Shown piece after piece: positions 14,552-27,059 of a stretch of 64,000 nucleotides of DNA; positions within the stretch are counted from its first letter, which is position 1, and each line of letters opens with the position of its first letter. Where the stretch lies: assembly GCF_009914755.1 (NCBI RefSeq), contig NC_060930.1; one strand, 5' to 3'. This DNA comes from the human T2T-CHM13v2.0 reference genome, Homo sapiens. The position numbers were made by a program, and so were the translations under genes. The notes under the pieces were generated by a model. The model searched no databases, was not told where the DNA came from, and was given only the letters and a program-made list of their open reading frames with translations.

Positions 14552-15460
14552 GTAAATTCAGCTTGCTAGTATTTTATTCAGTATTTTACATCTAAATTCG
14601 TAAGTGAAATAAATCTACACTTTTTCTTTCTAAGACTGTTATAATCTGGTTTTGCCATCAAGACTTACCTCCATCATAGAATTAATGGGGGAGGATTACA
14701 TTTCACTCTAGTTGTGAAAGAGTTGTATACAACTAAAAATATATGTTATTTGAATATTTGGAACAATTTTCCAGTAAAAGCATTATGATTGAATTATTTT
14801 GTAAGTATATTTTAACTATTGATTGAAATAGTGATTATAAGGCTAGTCATTTATACTTTTTGAGTAAGCTGTGGTAAATTATACTTTCTACAAAATTAAC
14901 CATTTGTCCAAGTTTTCAAGTTTATTGCAATGAAATTTTTATATTAATCTCATGTTATGTTTTAATCTCATGCTCTGTTATATTCTCTTTCAGAACATTT
15001 TAAAAGAATATTTTTATTCTCTTTTTTTATGTAGTCTTCATAAAAAATCGCCTATTTAATTAGTATTTTTAAAGAACCAAAGTTTTTGTTTTTGTTTTTG
15101 TTTTTGTTCTTGATCTCCTATTTATATGTTTTCTAATTCATTAATTTTTGCATTTTTTCCTTCTTGGAATTCACTTTTTATTCTTCTTGGTTTATGTCTC
15201 TTTTTTCAATTTGGGCACTAAAGTCTATAATTTTGGTATAAATATACTACTTTTGTAACATTTTAAGATATATGTTATTTTATAATAATTTAGTGTTCAT
15301 TTTTTAAAATTTCCATTATGATATTTTTTGTTCCATGAAATATATAAAGGGATATCTTATAATCCAAAGTGTTTAAGGGGTATTTTCAGCTATTTTTAGT
15401 CATTATTTTTTATTTTCCAATTTAATTGTGCTGTGTTCAGAAGTTGTTAATTTGGTTATT
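14552..15460 (-). mobile_element. Old L1M ORF2 fragment
   Basis: aattcagcttgctagtatttt...tctggttttgccatcaag...catagaattaatggg antisense L1 motif. Confidence 0.7.
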
Positions 15461-16102
15461 CAATAATTTGTTTTCCCAAGTTATAACAATTACTGAAAGA
15501 AGTGTTTAAAATTTTCCACCAACAGTTCCTATCACAGATTGCTGCACATAGTACAAATTGCCTGAATATATTTACCAGTGATTTATATTCACAAAACTGG
15601 CTCAAGGTAGCTGGAAGTGATTCTAAGTGTGTGTTCAGTTGTTTGAAACTTAAGATTATTGTAGCGTATGCTAAAATGATTTGAGATGCCAGAAATTTGT
15701 TGGTATAATTTAGATCAGTGGTTCACAATCAGAAGGACTGAGAAAGATGTGGGGAAATTGTGTTTTATAAAATGAACGGGGGAGAACTACTTCTGTGGGT
15801 CTGATGGAGTAACTGTAAGTAGGGAAGCACTCTGATTTAGAACAAGTAGAAAAACCAAAGAAAATATAACAATCAACTTTCTTGAGGAAGCTAAGACCTT
15901 CTGAAGCCACAAGAAATGAAGAGGTTAAGGTTCCAGTGGGAGAAGAATCAGGGTGGTGAGCTGGGCTTCTGGAGCTGCTTCTGTCCTTGGGCCATTTGAT
16001 GATTCTGGGCACATGCAGAAGAATGATAATCAAAAGAAAAGCCTGATGGGTACCCCCTGAGGGGATCAAAAAAACAAATTGAGATTTTAGAGAATGAGGG
16101 CC

Positions 16103-16475
16103 TGTATTAGTTCATCCTCATGCTGCTAATAAAGACATACCCAAGACTGGGTAATTTATAAAGGAAAGAGGTTTAATTGACTCACAGTTCAGCATGGTTG
16201 GGGAGGCCTCAGGAAACTTACAATCATGGCAGAAGGAGAAACAAACATGTTTTTCTTCACATTGTGGCAGCAAGGAGAAATGTGGAGCGAAAGAGGGGGA
16301 AAGCTCCTTATAAAACCATCAGATCTTGTGAGAACTCACTATCACATGAATAGCATGGAGGTAACTGCCCCCATGATTCAATTAGCTACCACCAGGTTGC
16401 TCCCATGACACATGGGGATTATGGGAGCCACAGTTCATGATGAGATATGGGTGAGGACACAGCCAAACCATATTA
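16103..16475 (-). mobile_element. THE1 (C/D) solo LTR
   Basis: tgtattagtt...aaagacatacccaagactggg...acacagccaaaccata; 5-bp TSD (g/a)ggcc. Confidence 0.92.
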
Positions 16476-16480
16476 AGGCC

Positions 16481-16925
16481 TGTATTAGTTTGCTAGAGCT
16501 ACTGCAACAAAGTACTACAAACTGCATGGCTTTAAGGCAGAAATTTTTTGTCTAAGGGTTCTGGAGACTAAAGTCCAAGATCAAAGTGTTAGCAGGATTG
16601 AGTCCTTCTGATGGCTCTTAGGGAGAAAGCATTTCATGCCTCTCCTCTAGCTTTTGGTGATTTGCTTATTATCTGTAGCATTTCTTGCTTTGTAGAAGGC
16701 TTCGCCCAAATTCCTGCCTTCATATTCACATGGCATTCTCCACGTGTGCATGTCTGTCTCCAAATTTCTACTTTTTACATGGACACAAGTCATACTGGAT
16801 TAGGGGCTGACGTGACTGTAGTATGGCCTCATTTTAACTAATTACATCTGCAATATTATTTCCAAATAGGGTCATGTTCGAAAGTACTGTGGAATAGCAC
16901 TCCAACATATGAATTTTGGGGGCCT
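16481..16925 (-). mobile_element. MLT1C-like LTR
   Basis: tgtattagtttgctag...aagtccaagatcaaagtgttagcagg...tttccaaatagggtca. Confidence 0.85.
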
Positions 16926-17048
16926 TATGCTGGGGCCTTAACACAGGTTCATAACAAGGCCTCAGGCCCATGGCTGTTTTTTGTTTGTTTGTTTGTTTGT
17001 TTTCTGAAGACATTTGCTAAATACTGAAGCTGCATTAAGAAGGGTTCT

Positions 17049-17539
<491 letters not shown>

Positions 17540-17854
17540 TTATAAGCCAAAGATTAGAATTTGGTTCACCAGGATAAGAGGCCACATAGAATACACCAAT
17601 ATTCTAATTGAAACTTAGGGAGGATAGGGGTGAACCAGATATAAACTGAGCCTTTCTAGAGCTGTAATTCAGTCTTGATTCAACTAAGTTGACGATTGAA
17701 GTGGCCAGCAACCCCAGTTAGTGATATTACACTACTTCACTTCTAGTACTTCCATTTCTTTTCCCTCAGCTATTGTGTTATTGTCTCATATTTTATTTCT
17801 GTTTAAAAACTTGCAATTCACTGTTATTATTTTTACTTTAAATATTTAATTATT

Positions 17855-18293
17855 TGTGTTAGTCTATTCATGTTGTTATAAAGTAATACCTAAGGCAGGG
17901 TGACTTATAACAAAAAGAGATTTGTTTGGGTAATAGTTCTGCAGGCTGTACAAGAGACACGGCACCAACATCTGCATCTGGGGAGGACTTCAGGCTACTT
18001 CATTCACAGCACAAAATGAAGGGGAGCAGTGTGTGCTGAGATCACGTGGTGGTGAGAGAGGAAGCAAGAGAGAGAGGTAAAGGAGGTACCAGGTTCTTTT
18101 CAACAACTAGCTCTCCTGGGAACTAATAGAGCAAAAACTCACTCCTTACCCAGAAGACACGGTAGCAAGATCAAACCATTCATGAGGGATCTGCCTGCAT
18201 GACCCAAACACCTCCCATTAGGCCCCACCTCTAACACTGGAGACCAAAACTTCAACATGAGTTTGGGATGGGTCAAATATCCAAATCACAGCA
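17855..18293 (-). mobile_element. MSTB-type LTR
   Basis: ttctgcaggctgtacaag...cattcatgagggatc...catgacccaaacacctcccattaggcccc. Confidence 0.88.
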
Positions 18294-18309
18294 TGATTTA
18301 ATAGATTTA

Positions 18310-19430
18310 AGTAATAAGAAAAAAATGCTGTAAACGCTAAAACAACCACTAAAAGAACACAGCAAAGTTGTAACTAACAAGAAAACAAGGAAGATAAAAA
18401 ATCATCATTAAAAAATTCAATCCAAAAGAAGGCACACACACAAAAATGGAACAAAGAACATATAGTACAAATAAAAACAAATAGCTAAGTGAGGCTGGGC
18501 ACAGTGGCTCCTGCCTGTAATCCTAGCACTTTGGGAGACCGTGGTGGGTGTATCACTTGAGATCAGGGATTCGAGACCAGCTTGGCCAACATGGGGAAAC
18601 CCCACCTCTACTAAAAATACAAAAATTAACCGGGCATGGTGGCAAGTGCCTGTAGTCCCAGCTACTCAGGAGGCTGAGGCAGGAGAAGTGTTTGAACCCA
18701 GGAGACGGAGGTTGCAGAGGGATAAGATTGCACCTCTGTACTCCAGCCTGGGTGAAAGAGCAAGACTCCATCTCAAAATAAATAAATAAATAAATAAAAC
18801 CAGCAAGGTGGTACACATAAATCAAACCATATTAGAAATCACATTAAATATGAATGGCCTACACACCCCTATTAAGAGGGAGAAATTGTCAACTGTGATT
18901 GCTTAAAAAAGGCAAGACCCCACTTTACACTGCCTATAAAAACTCACTTTTAATAATAAATCTTAAGTAGATTAACAGTAGAAAGTTGAAAAATATATAC
19001 AGTGATAATACTAATCAAAAGAAACCTAGTGTGATTATATAAATATAAAAGTATATTTCAGAACAAAGAAAACTTCCAAGGTTAAAGAGGTTCATTTCAT
19101 GACAAAAGGACCAATTAATGAAGAAGGCATAACAAACCCAAATATTTATGCTCTTAAAAATAGAATTCCAAAATACAAAAAAAAAAACTTTTATAGGACT
19201 GCAAAAATAAAAGGACAAATGCACAGCTATGGTTGGACATCACTCTTTCAATAATTGATAGAACAAATAGAAAATAAATAAAGGTTTATAATACTTGGAC
19301 AACATTATCAACCAATTTGACCTCATTAAATTTTATAGAACTTTCCACACACTAACAGCAAAATTCACTGTCTTTTCAAGTGTACACAGAACATTCACCA
19401 TAGATCACCTTCTGAACCATAAAACATATG
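18310..19430 (+). mobile_element. Old L1M ORF1/ORF2 (endonuclease region) fragment
   Basis: A-rich sense L1 (ttcaataattgatagaaca, ttttcaagtgtacacagaacattcacca). Confidence 0.7.
18493..18798 (+). mobile_element. AluS
   Basis: Full dimer, (AAAT)n tail. Confidence 0.95.
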
Positions 19431-21700
19431 TGTAGTTTCATGGAGAAGTTCTCTTTAAATGAACTGACTAAAGAGAAAATAGTTTTAGACTTGATTACAG
19501 AGGGATCTGCATCTTTTACTGATTGTCACTTAAAGTAGGCTGCCGGGGCACCCCGATTTTTTTAAGAGTTGTTCTTTAAGGACAATGGGGGAGGAAAATC
19601 CTCACTGGAAGGAATTGAAACTGTTTATCTAGAAGACCACTAAAAATAAGCAATAATATTCATGTGTTTTAACTACTGGCTTATGATTTGGCCAATCACT
19701 TGGAACTTGGAAAGAAAAGATTAAATCATTCATGACAACATTTGAGGAAGGGGTAGAGGATGAGCCTGTCAGAATTCGATCAGTGTGCAATTATGTTTAT
19801 TTGCCATTGGAATGCTCACCCAAACTACTAATTGAGAAAGGCTCTCAATAATAAACAGATGACCTGTTCTGTAGATGTCAATCAGTCTCTTCTCCATCTA
19901 TTCCAGAATGGACTCAATGGGCTCCTGAACAAAATTCTTACAATGGCAGGGATGGAGACCACACATCTACTCAACACAAAGACTTTGCCTCAGGAGGCTG
20001 ACCTGGATAAGACCATGCTGTGTACCCAAATGGCCAGCAGAAGCCCACACTGAGCCCCATACATAGCACCATGCTCCAGGCATATTAGCCTCAATCTGAG
20101 GACAGACTGAGTATATTGGACCCCTTGCAGCATGGAGAGGTCAGTGATGTTTTTCTTCCTGGAATACTTAGTGTGAGTACCCACTTTCCTTCCCAAAAAT
20201 ACCATCTGTGGGACTTAATAAATTGCCCATTTAAAACTATAACTGTGTCTCACTCAATATTGCTCTGAAAAAGAAATTCTTAAAGAAAAAAATAAGGGGA
20301 AATAGGTTAAGGCCCATGAAATTTACTAATAATAACATGCACCCATTACTTAGAAGTAGCTGGCTTTATGTAACAATGGAATGTCCTATTGAAGATTCAG
20401 TATTAGCATCATCTGTGAGACAGCACTTAGCAAAGTTGAGGTACTCACTTACAGGATGCAGTGTATGCTCTGAATGAATGAACAATATACAGTGCTGTTT
20501 CTCAAATAGCCAGAATTCAATTGTGGAGGGCGAAAATTTCACCAAAATGTGAAAATAGGACTAACTTCCTCACCATGACATCCAGTGATGCCCTTCTTGC
20601 AACCCTTCCTCCATCTCTGGGCACTTCATGTTAATAAATCTTAGTTTCTAAAGAAAGAATATTTTCACTTGTAACAGTCCCATTAAATTAGAAGTTGGAC
20701 ATTTTGAATCTTCACACCAAAGGACAAATAGGAAAAAAAGAAGGTTCTAAGTTGGTTATGGTAATAATTCAGGCTCTCAGGAGTAAATAAAATTGGTGCT
20801 CAATAGTGCATCCAGGGAGAATATCTACAACTGACAGATGCTCCCAGTGATAAAAATTAATAGAAAACTCTAGTGCCATACAGGCAGAACCATTCTGAGT
20901 TAAGATGCCTCAAGAATGAAGATTTGCATCATCACACTAGGTAAAAAAATCTTTCCCAGGTAAGGTATTTACTATGTACAAAAATCATGGAATGAGAAAT
21001 CGAAGAAGTAACTATGGATACTAACCATGGCCTTTGATCTTTTGCAGAAATGAGGACTGTGACATCCAACAGTATTTGCTTTCTTTCTTGCTATGTCATG
21101 TATATATATTCATTAATTTAAGGAACCCATTATTCAGGAATATATTTTTATATTCATTTGCTTTTGTTTTTCCTTTTTGTTCACTTTTTACTCTATGTTA
21201 ATTCTTCATATGTTAACATCCATGAAATATGTGTATGTACATTTTTTCACATTGACCTCTCAGAAATTGAATCTTACAGTTGTAAATGCATCTTACAAGT
21301 AATGGCATGCTATGGTTTAGAGATAGTGTTTTTAATTTTTTTATGTGTAATAACATTGATAATGATGCATCTTACAAATGATAGTGTCTTAAATTTTTTC
21401 AAATTCATTAAATAAAGTGTATTGGCAGTGGTTAAGTTTATAACCTAGTATAAAAAATTACAGAAAATCAAGATGGAATTGTTACTGTAATGGAGAAGGA
21501 ATAAACATCACCCAGAAATACTGGACTCAGCCAGTAGAAGAGACCAAGTCTGTCCATTTGGAAAGAATGTGAGGTGTTCTCATTTATGTGGCATAGTTGT
21601 GTTATGTTACACTGGTGTGTGTAGTTGATGTTGTTGAACTTGGAAGACTGAATATGGAAGAAGAGTAAATGTTGTTGAGCAGTCCGTAAGTGGACTACCC
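19430..21700 (+). mobile_element. Degenerate ERVL internal sequence (RNase H / integrase / dUTPase region)
   Basis: caatgggctcctgaacaaa...ggcagggatggag, ctgagcccc...agcaccat, aaaataccatctgtgggactta, gtgtatgctctgaat match ERVL pol remnants; no intact ORF. Confidence 0.72.
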
Positions 21701-21931
21701 TGGACATCAGTCATATGAATATGTCTAAAATCATTTGCTTTTCCAGTTATTGTAAATCCTGCCTTTTTCAGGTGATACACTAAAATGACACTTTCCAAGC
21801 ACTTGAGAGTAGACAGGCTTCCACTGAGAAGATGATATGATGCATCAAGAAACAGGGAGGTTAGAGGAGAGAAAACAAAACTCAAACAACTTATGTAGTA
21901 AGGGAAAAATACTGTAAATTACAAGCAGTAA

Positions 21932-22740
21932 TGAAACAGGAGAGTTCCTTGACCCCCTTTGCAGGATGTGTGACAAGGGTGTGGCTTGTCTATTAAGTCA
22001 CCACATGCTCAAACCCCTTATGAGATTGGGAGTACTCAGACTGGCAGGTGTGGGAACCAGGGTGAGCGCTTCTGGGCTCCTGCTCCACAGTAGCATCTAG
22101 GGGTGGGTACCTGTGACTCCCGAAGCCCCAGTGCTCTTTTTACTACAGTGCTCTTTCTGTTACAGTGCTCTTTTTGTTACAGTGCTCTTTTTGTTACAGT
22201 GCTCTTTTTGCTCTGCCATCCACAGACAGCTTAAGCATTAACCAGCTCAGTGCCCTCTTTGTACCCAGGTCCTTGTCCGGCGTCCAGAAAGAATCAGTTC
22301 ACGTGGACAAATTGAAGGGTGGTGAATCCAGGGGATTTTATTGCTGGATAGAGGTGGCTCTCAGCGAGATGGATGGGGAGCTGGAAAGCGAATAGAGTGG
22401 GAAGATGATCTTTCCCTGGAGCTCAGTCATCCTGCGGCCAATCTCCCCTCTGACCGTCCCCAGCCAAACTCCTTTCAATATTCAGACACTCCTCTTCTCT
22501 TCTCTCTTTCTCTGCTCTGCTGGTCTTTTGCTCCTCTGCTCTTCTGCTTGCGGAGCCTGGGATTTGGGGTTTGTATGGTTACAAGATAGGGAGGCATGGC
22601 AGGCCAAAAAGCAACATTTGGGTGGGAAAACAGGAATGCCTGTTCCCATTTAGGCTTTAGGTTTCCAGGCTTGAGAGTAGGGCCTTTGCGGGGGAAACAC
22701 CCTCTTCTACCCGGCATTTCCTTGCCTCCTGTCCATATCA
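21932..22740 (-). mobile_element. ERV1 solo LTR (LTR1/LTR28 family)
   Basis: Minus strand starts TGATATGGACAGGAGGCAAGGAAATGCCGGGTAGAAGAGGG; TG...CA termini; 4-bp TSD gtaa (21928-21931, 22741-22744). Confidence 0.85.
22129..22210. repeat. 17-bp minisatellite (cagtgctctttttgtta) x4.8 inside the LTR
   Basis: Units start at 22129, 22146, 22163, 22180, 22197. Confidence 0.95.
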
Positions 22741-23857
22741 GTAAAACTGATATAATTTTCAGAGCCATGCTAAAGAATGAAACCCCATTTCTTTGGATGT
22801 AGAATCATCTCAGTGATCCCTTGTTTGAAATTCACACTGTTGATTCATACGATGGGGATTACTCCAAGCTGGAGATTAATGAGATAGACAAGGCAGAAAA
22901 TCAGTAAGAAAATAAGTCTAGGGCTCTAGGAAAGCAATTTAAATTATTTATTTATAGGTTATAGGATAAACTTATGGTCTAGAAAGCTAGAAAGAAATGG
23001 AATGGTGAGGGGCTTAGGAAAGCTTAGAATGATAAGCAAACACTGTGAGAGGGAAAAAATATAAAACAAGAGAAACACATACACAGAAATACAAATGCTG
23101 CACAAAGCTTGTTTTAATGACACCCCAATTTTGATGATTAGCCTTCCATCTGTTGTCCACTTCTTTGCTATTATGGCCAATGGGACCCGAAATTCATACC
23201 CTCAGGGCCAGATCAGCCCTGGGAATGAAAAGAAATTCAATGGCAAAATGTTCCTTTTCCATTCTCATTTTGAAACTATCTCTTTTATCATTTCTGAGGG
23301 AAACTTTTGCCCATTGTTTTCTCCTCCTTTTGCATATTGAAGTTTAAATTGACCAAAGACTACTGAGGACATGTCCCTTGCAGTAGCTGGCTTCAGCTAG
23401 TGGATTCCTAGAAAAGCCCCCAAGAATTCATGCTCCCAGTTTTTGTGGTGTTCACATGGAACATGGCATTGTATAATGGTTGAAGTGCAAAGGTGTTTAG
23501 GTTAACAGAATGCCATCTTAGAATAAGATCAGAACAAAGTACAAAGATTGTCCTAATTTCTTTCTTCCCCAAACTGCTTTAATTCAACAAAAACTTGGCC
23601 AATTTTTTTAAAGACACTTTTCCCAAGGAGAGTTGGGATCTATGTCATCTTCCTTGATATCTAAGCGATTTGTGTCACCGCTTTTTGATCAATAGAATAG
23701 AGCGAAAGTGGTAGTTCTAGGCCCAGACTTTAAGAAGCTGACAGCTTCCATTCCTCTTTCTTGGATCACTTGGTCTTGGCTGCTATTGGCCACTTGAATC
23801 TCTGTATAAGTAGTTCAAGTATTCTACTGGAGAAACCACATGGTGAAGCCCTGACCA

Positions 23858-24460
23858 TGAGGCAGACTCACTGTGCTCTGCCTACTGACTTATCTGAGTC
23901 TGGTGAATCAGAACACGCTCACATGCAACGACTTACATAAAGCAGGTTTTTTATGGACAGACAGGTAGCAAGAAACATAGAAGCTTAGGATCCATTGTGA
24001 GCCAGTGCTCAAGAAAGCTCCCCGAAATAGATGAAGTCTCAACTGTGAGCACTCAACTTGCATCACAGCTGAGGGGCCCTCGGGAAAGGCAGCCCACCTC
24101 AGGTTATCTCCCTCAGGGAAAGTGTCACTCACTGGGCTGAAGTTGGGAAGAACATTCGGCTTTCGGGGGGAGAGGAAAAAGCTCAGTCTTGCCCAGGCAG
24201 ATCCTTGCTAACTCAAGATGTTACCTTTTTTAGGAGGGACAGGAACAGGAACTGGGGAGTTTCAGGCAGTTCCTCCCCATCCCAGGATGCTGCATTCCCA
24301 GCACATTCTGCAGTTACTCTCTAGAACAGCAAGCAAGAATGGGGGAGAACCAGGCCCATCCAAAGGCCCCTGAAGAACTGCCCTGCACTGCCACTACATG
24401 GAGTGGGGTCCAGGTGGGCCCAGTTTCCCAGCCTTTCCTTCCAAGACTCCAGGTATATGT
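23858..24460 (-). mobile_element. MER74-like ERVL LTR
   Basis: Minus-strand end gtgttctgattcaccagactcagataagtcagtaggcagagcacagtgagtctgcctca resembles the MER74 3' end. Confidence 0.6.
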
Positions 24461-24597
24461 ATGAGGCTGTCTTTGACCCTCTAGACCAGACCGAGCCATC
24501 AGCTGAATACCACTGAATGACCCCCAGTCAGCACCACAAGCAAATGACTAACCAACCATGTTCTGATCAAATGCCCGAAACACAAAATTATGGATAT

Positions 24598-26044
24598 GCT
24601 ATCATGCACCACACTGATGCTTCAATGACAGACCACATATACAATGGTGGTCTCATAAAATTATAATGGAGCTGAAAAATTCCTATCACCTAGTGATACT
24701 GTAGCTGTCATAATACAGCACAAGGCATTACTCACACAAATCTATGATAAAAAATGAAACAAACCAAACAAACCACATGGATATATTTCTGGAATGAATG
24801 ATATCTTCCCAAGAAGAATCTCAGGCAGGTCCTTCAGGAGGTATCCAGAAGAAGGCATTGCTATCATAGGAAAGGGCAGCTCCATGCATGTTATTGCCCC
24901 CGAGGACCTTCCAGTGGGACAATATATGGGAGTGGAAGACAGTGACATTGATGATCCTGATCCTGGGTAGGCCTAGGCTAATGTGTGTGTTTGTGTCTTG
25001 GTTTTTAACAAAAACCTTATAAAGTAAAATAAATAAATCATTTTAGGCCAGGCACGGTGGCTCATGCCTGTAATCTCAGTTCTTTGGGAGGCCGAGGTGG
25101 GTGGATCACAAAGTCAGGAGTTCGAGACCAGCCTAGCCAATATGGTGAAACCCCGTCTCTACTAAAAATACAAAAATTAGCTGGGCATGGTGGTGCGTGC
25201 TGTAGTTCTAGCTGCTCAGGAGGCTGAGGCAGGAGAATCCCTTGAACCCGGGAAGCAAAGGTTGCAGTGAGCCTAGATCACACCACTGCACTCCAGCCTG
25301 GGCGACAGAGTGAGGCTCCATCTCAAAAATAAATAAATAAACAAATCATTTTAAAGATGGAAGAAACTTATAGAACAAGGATAGAAAGAAAAAATATTTT
25401 TGTGCAGCTGTACAATGTGTTTGTGTTTTAAGCTAAGCGTTACTACAAAAGTCAAAAAGTTTAAAAAGTTGAAAAGTGTATAAAGTAGAAATGTTACAGT
25501 AAGCTAAGGTTAATTTATTATTAAGAAAGAAAAATTCAAAAAATAAATTTAGTGTAGTCTAAAGCATACAGTGCTTATAAAATCTACCGTAGTGTACAGT
25601 AATGTCCTAGGCCTTCTCCCTCACTCACCATTCACTCACTCAGTCACTCACCCAGAGCAACTTCCAGTCCTGCAAACTTCATTCATGATAAGTACTCTCT
25701 AGAGGTATACCATTTTAAATATTTTATCCCCTATTCTTATTGTACGTTTTCTTCATTTAGATACACAAATACTTGCCTGCATTACATTAGGCAAGTATTT
25801 GTGTATCTACAATACATTAGATACACAAATACTTGCCATTACGTTACAACTGCCTACGGTATTCTGTGCCTGCTGGACAGGTAAGCAGCCTAGGAGCAAT
25901 AGGCTATAACTTAGAGCCTAGGTGTGTGGTAGGCTATACGATCTAGGTATATGTAGGTACACTCCATGATCTCTGCACAACAATGAAATCGCCTAATGAT
26001 GTATTTTTCAGAACATATCCCCATTGTTAAGTGATGCATGACTA
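24598..26044 (+). mobile_element. Tigger3b/Golem-type DNA transposon (TcMar-Tigger)
   Basis: 5' tcatgcaccac...gaccacatatacaatggtggtctcata...ttataatggagctgaaaaattcctatc; 3' ttgttaagtgatgcatgact followed by TA. Confidence 0.85.
25046..25343 (+). mobile_element. AluSg/Sc-like inserted in Tigger3b
   Basis: Full dimer; TSD aaatcatttta. Confidence 0.95.
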
Positions 26045-27059
26045 TAATTATGTAGTTGTAGTTTTAAGCCACCAAATTTTAGGATAGTTTGTTACACAGC
26101 CATAGGTCATCAGAATAAGAAGTATGGCTGAAAAGCTGCTGATAAATACTATTTTTATAAGTCTGTCATAATTTCTCCTTAATTTGCTTCATGATTTTAG
26201 AGCTGCCTTCTGTTCTTTTTGGTGAGTACTTTAACCTTAAGAATTGCTGTCCCTTAAGCCCCCCTGTTAAGGAACTGATGAGCTGGAAACATAAGCTTAT
26301 GCTCATTTGGGAGTTTCACTCTAGAAAAGCAACAAAATGAATGATTTTTTATTAAAAGTAATATAGAAATCTTCTTCTCTCTTGTTCTCACTCATTTTAT
26401 CTACCAAGTAAAGCATTTCCATGTGTATTTTTTATAGGTACTAGGATACATTTTGGTTTTGCAGATTTTTTAAACTACGAGGGGAATCCTCCCCACAGTG
26501 GCTGCATTCCAAGCTTAGTCCACCTAATGCCTACTGGGCAGAGTGGGTGAAGCTATTTGTAGATCTATAAAGCATTTGAGATCCTCCTGGGTAAAACGTG
26601 GTGTTCGAATTATAAGGCCATTATCATTAACAATTGGCAGGAGCCTCCTCTCTTTTCTCCTGGAGAGAAGGGATTGAAAGATGTTTCCTTTAATCGTCAT
26701 GCTGACCTCACCTGAAAGGCTCATGCTATCTGGAAGGAAGCCCCCTTCTCAGCTCCCTGATGCCCAAGCACCCCTTTGCTCTGAGCAGCAGGGGTGTAGT
26801 CTATGGTGGAGAAATGAAATTCTTTTGCCAGATAAAATGGTTATGGCAGTTGGTGATTATTACCCAGAATATTGCTTCAGGGGAATTAAATGTCAGCAAT
26901 GTCATAGAAGGAGAAAGAGATACGTTTAGGTCAGCTTCAGTCATCAGCTTCATCTATCTGCGCACATACCCCAGACATTCCGGTACAACATCTGTGACTC
27001 ACATTTGAGTTGACACGTGTAGCTGCACAATGCAAACCCATTTTTAGTTATTTAGGAAA

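Larger units (their letters stand above)
23600..26117 (+). mobile_element. MLT1G/H-like LTR split into three pieces (about 23600-23857, 24461-24597, 26045-26117)
   Basis: gatcaatagaat...ttctaggcccag...gacagcttcca; cagctgaataccactgaatgacccc; gttttaagccacc...gtttgttacacagc. Confidence 0.6.

Noticed and set aside
19430-21700. Domesticated ERVL integrase/dUTPase gene
   Set aside because: Heavily interrupted by stops and frameshifts; longest ORFs under 90 aa
22129-22210. CRISPR-like repeat array
   Set aside because: Head-to-tail units with no spacers, inside an LTR in primate DNA; a minisatellite
24527-24540. REST/RE1 half-sites (tcagcacc), also 48487
   Set aside because: No adjoining GGACAG right half
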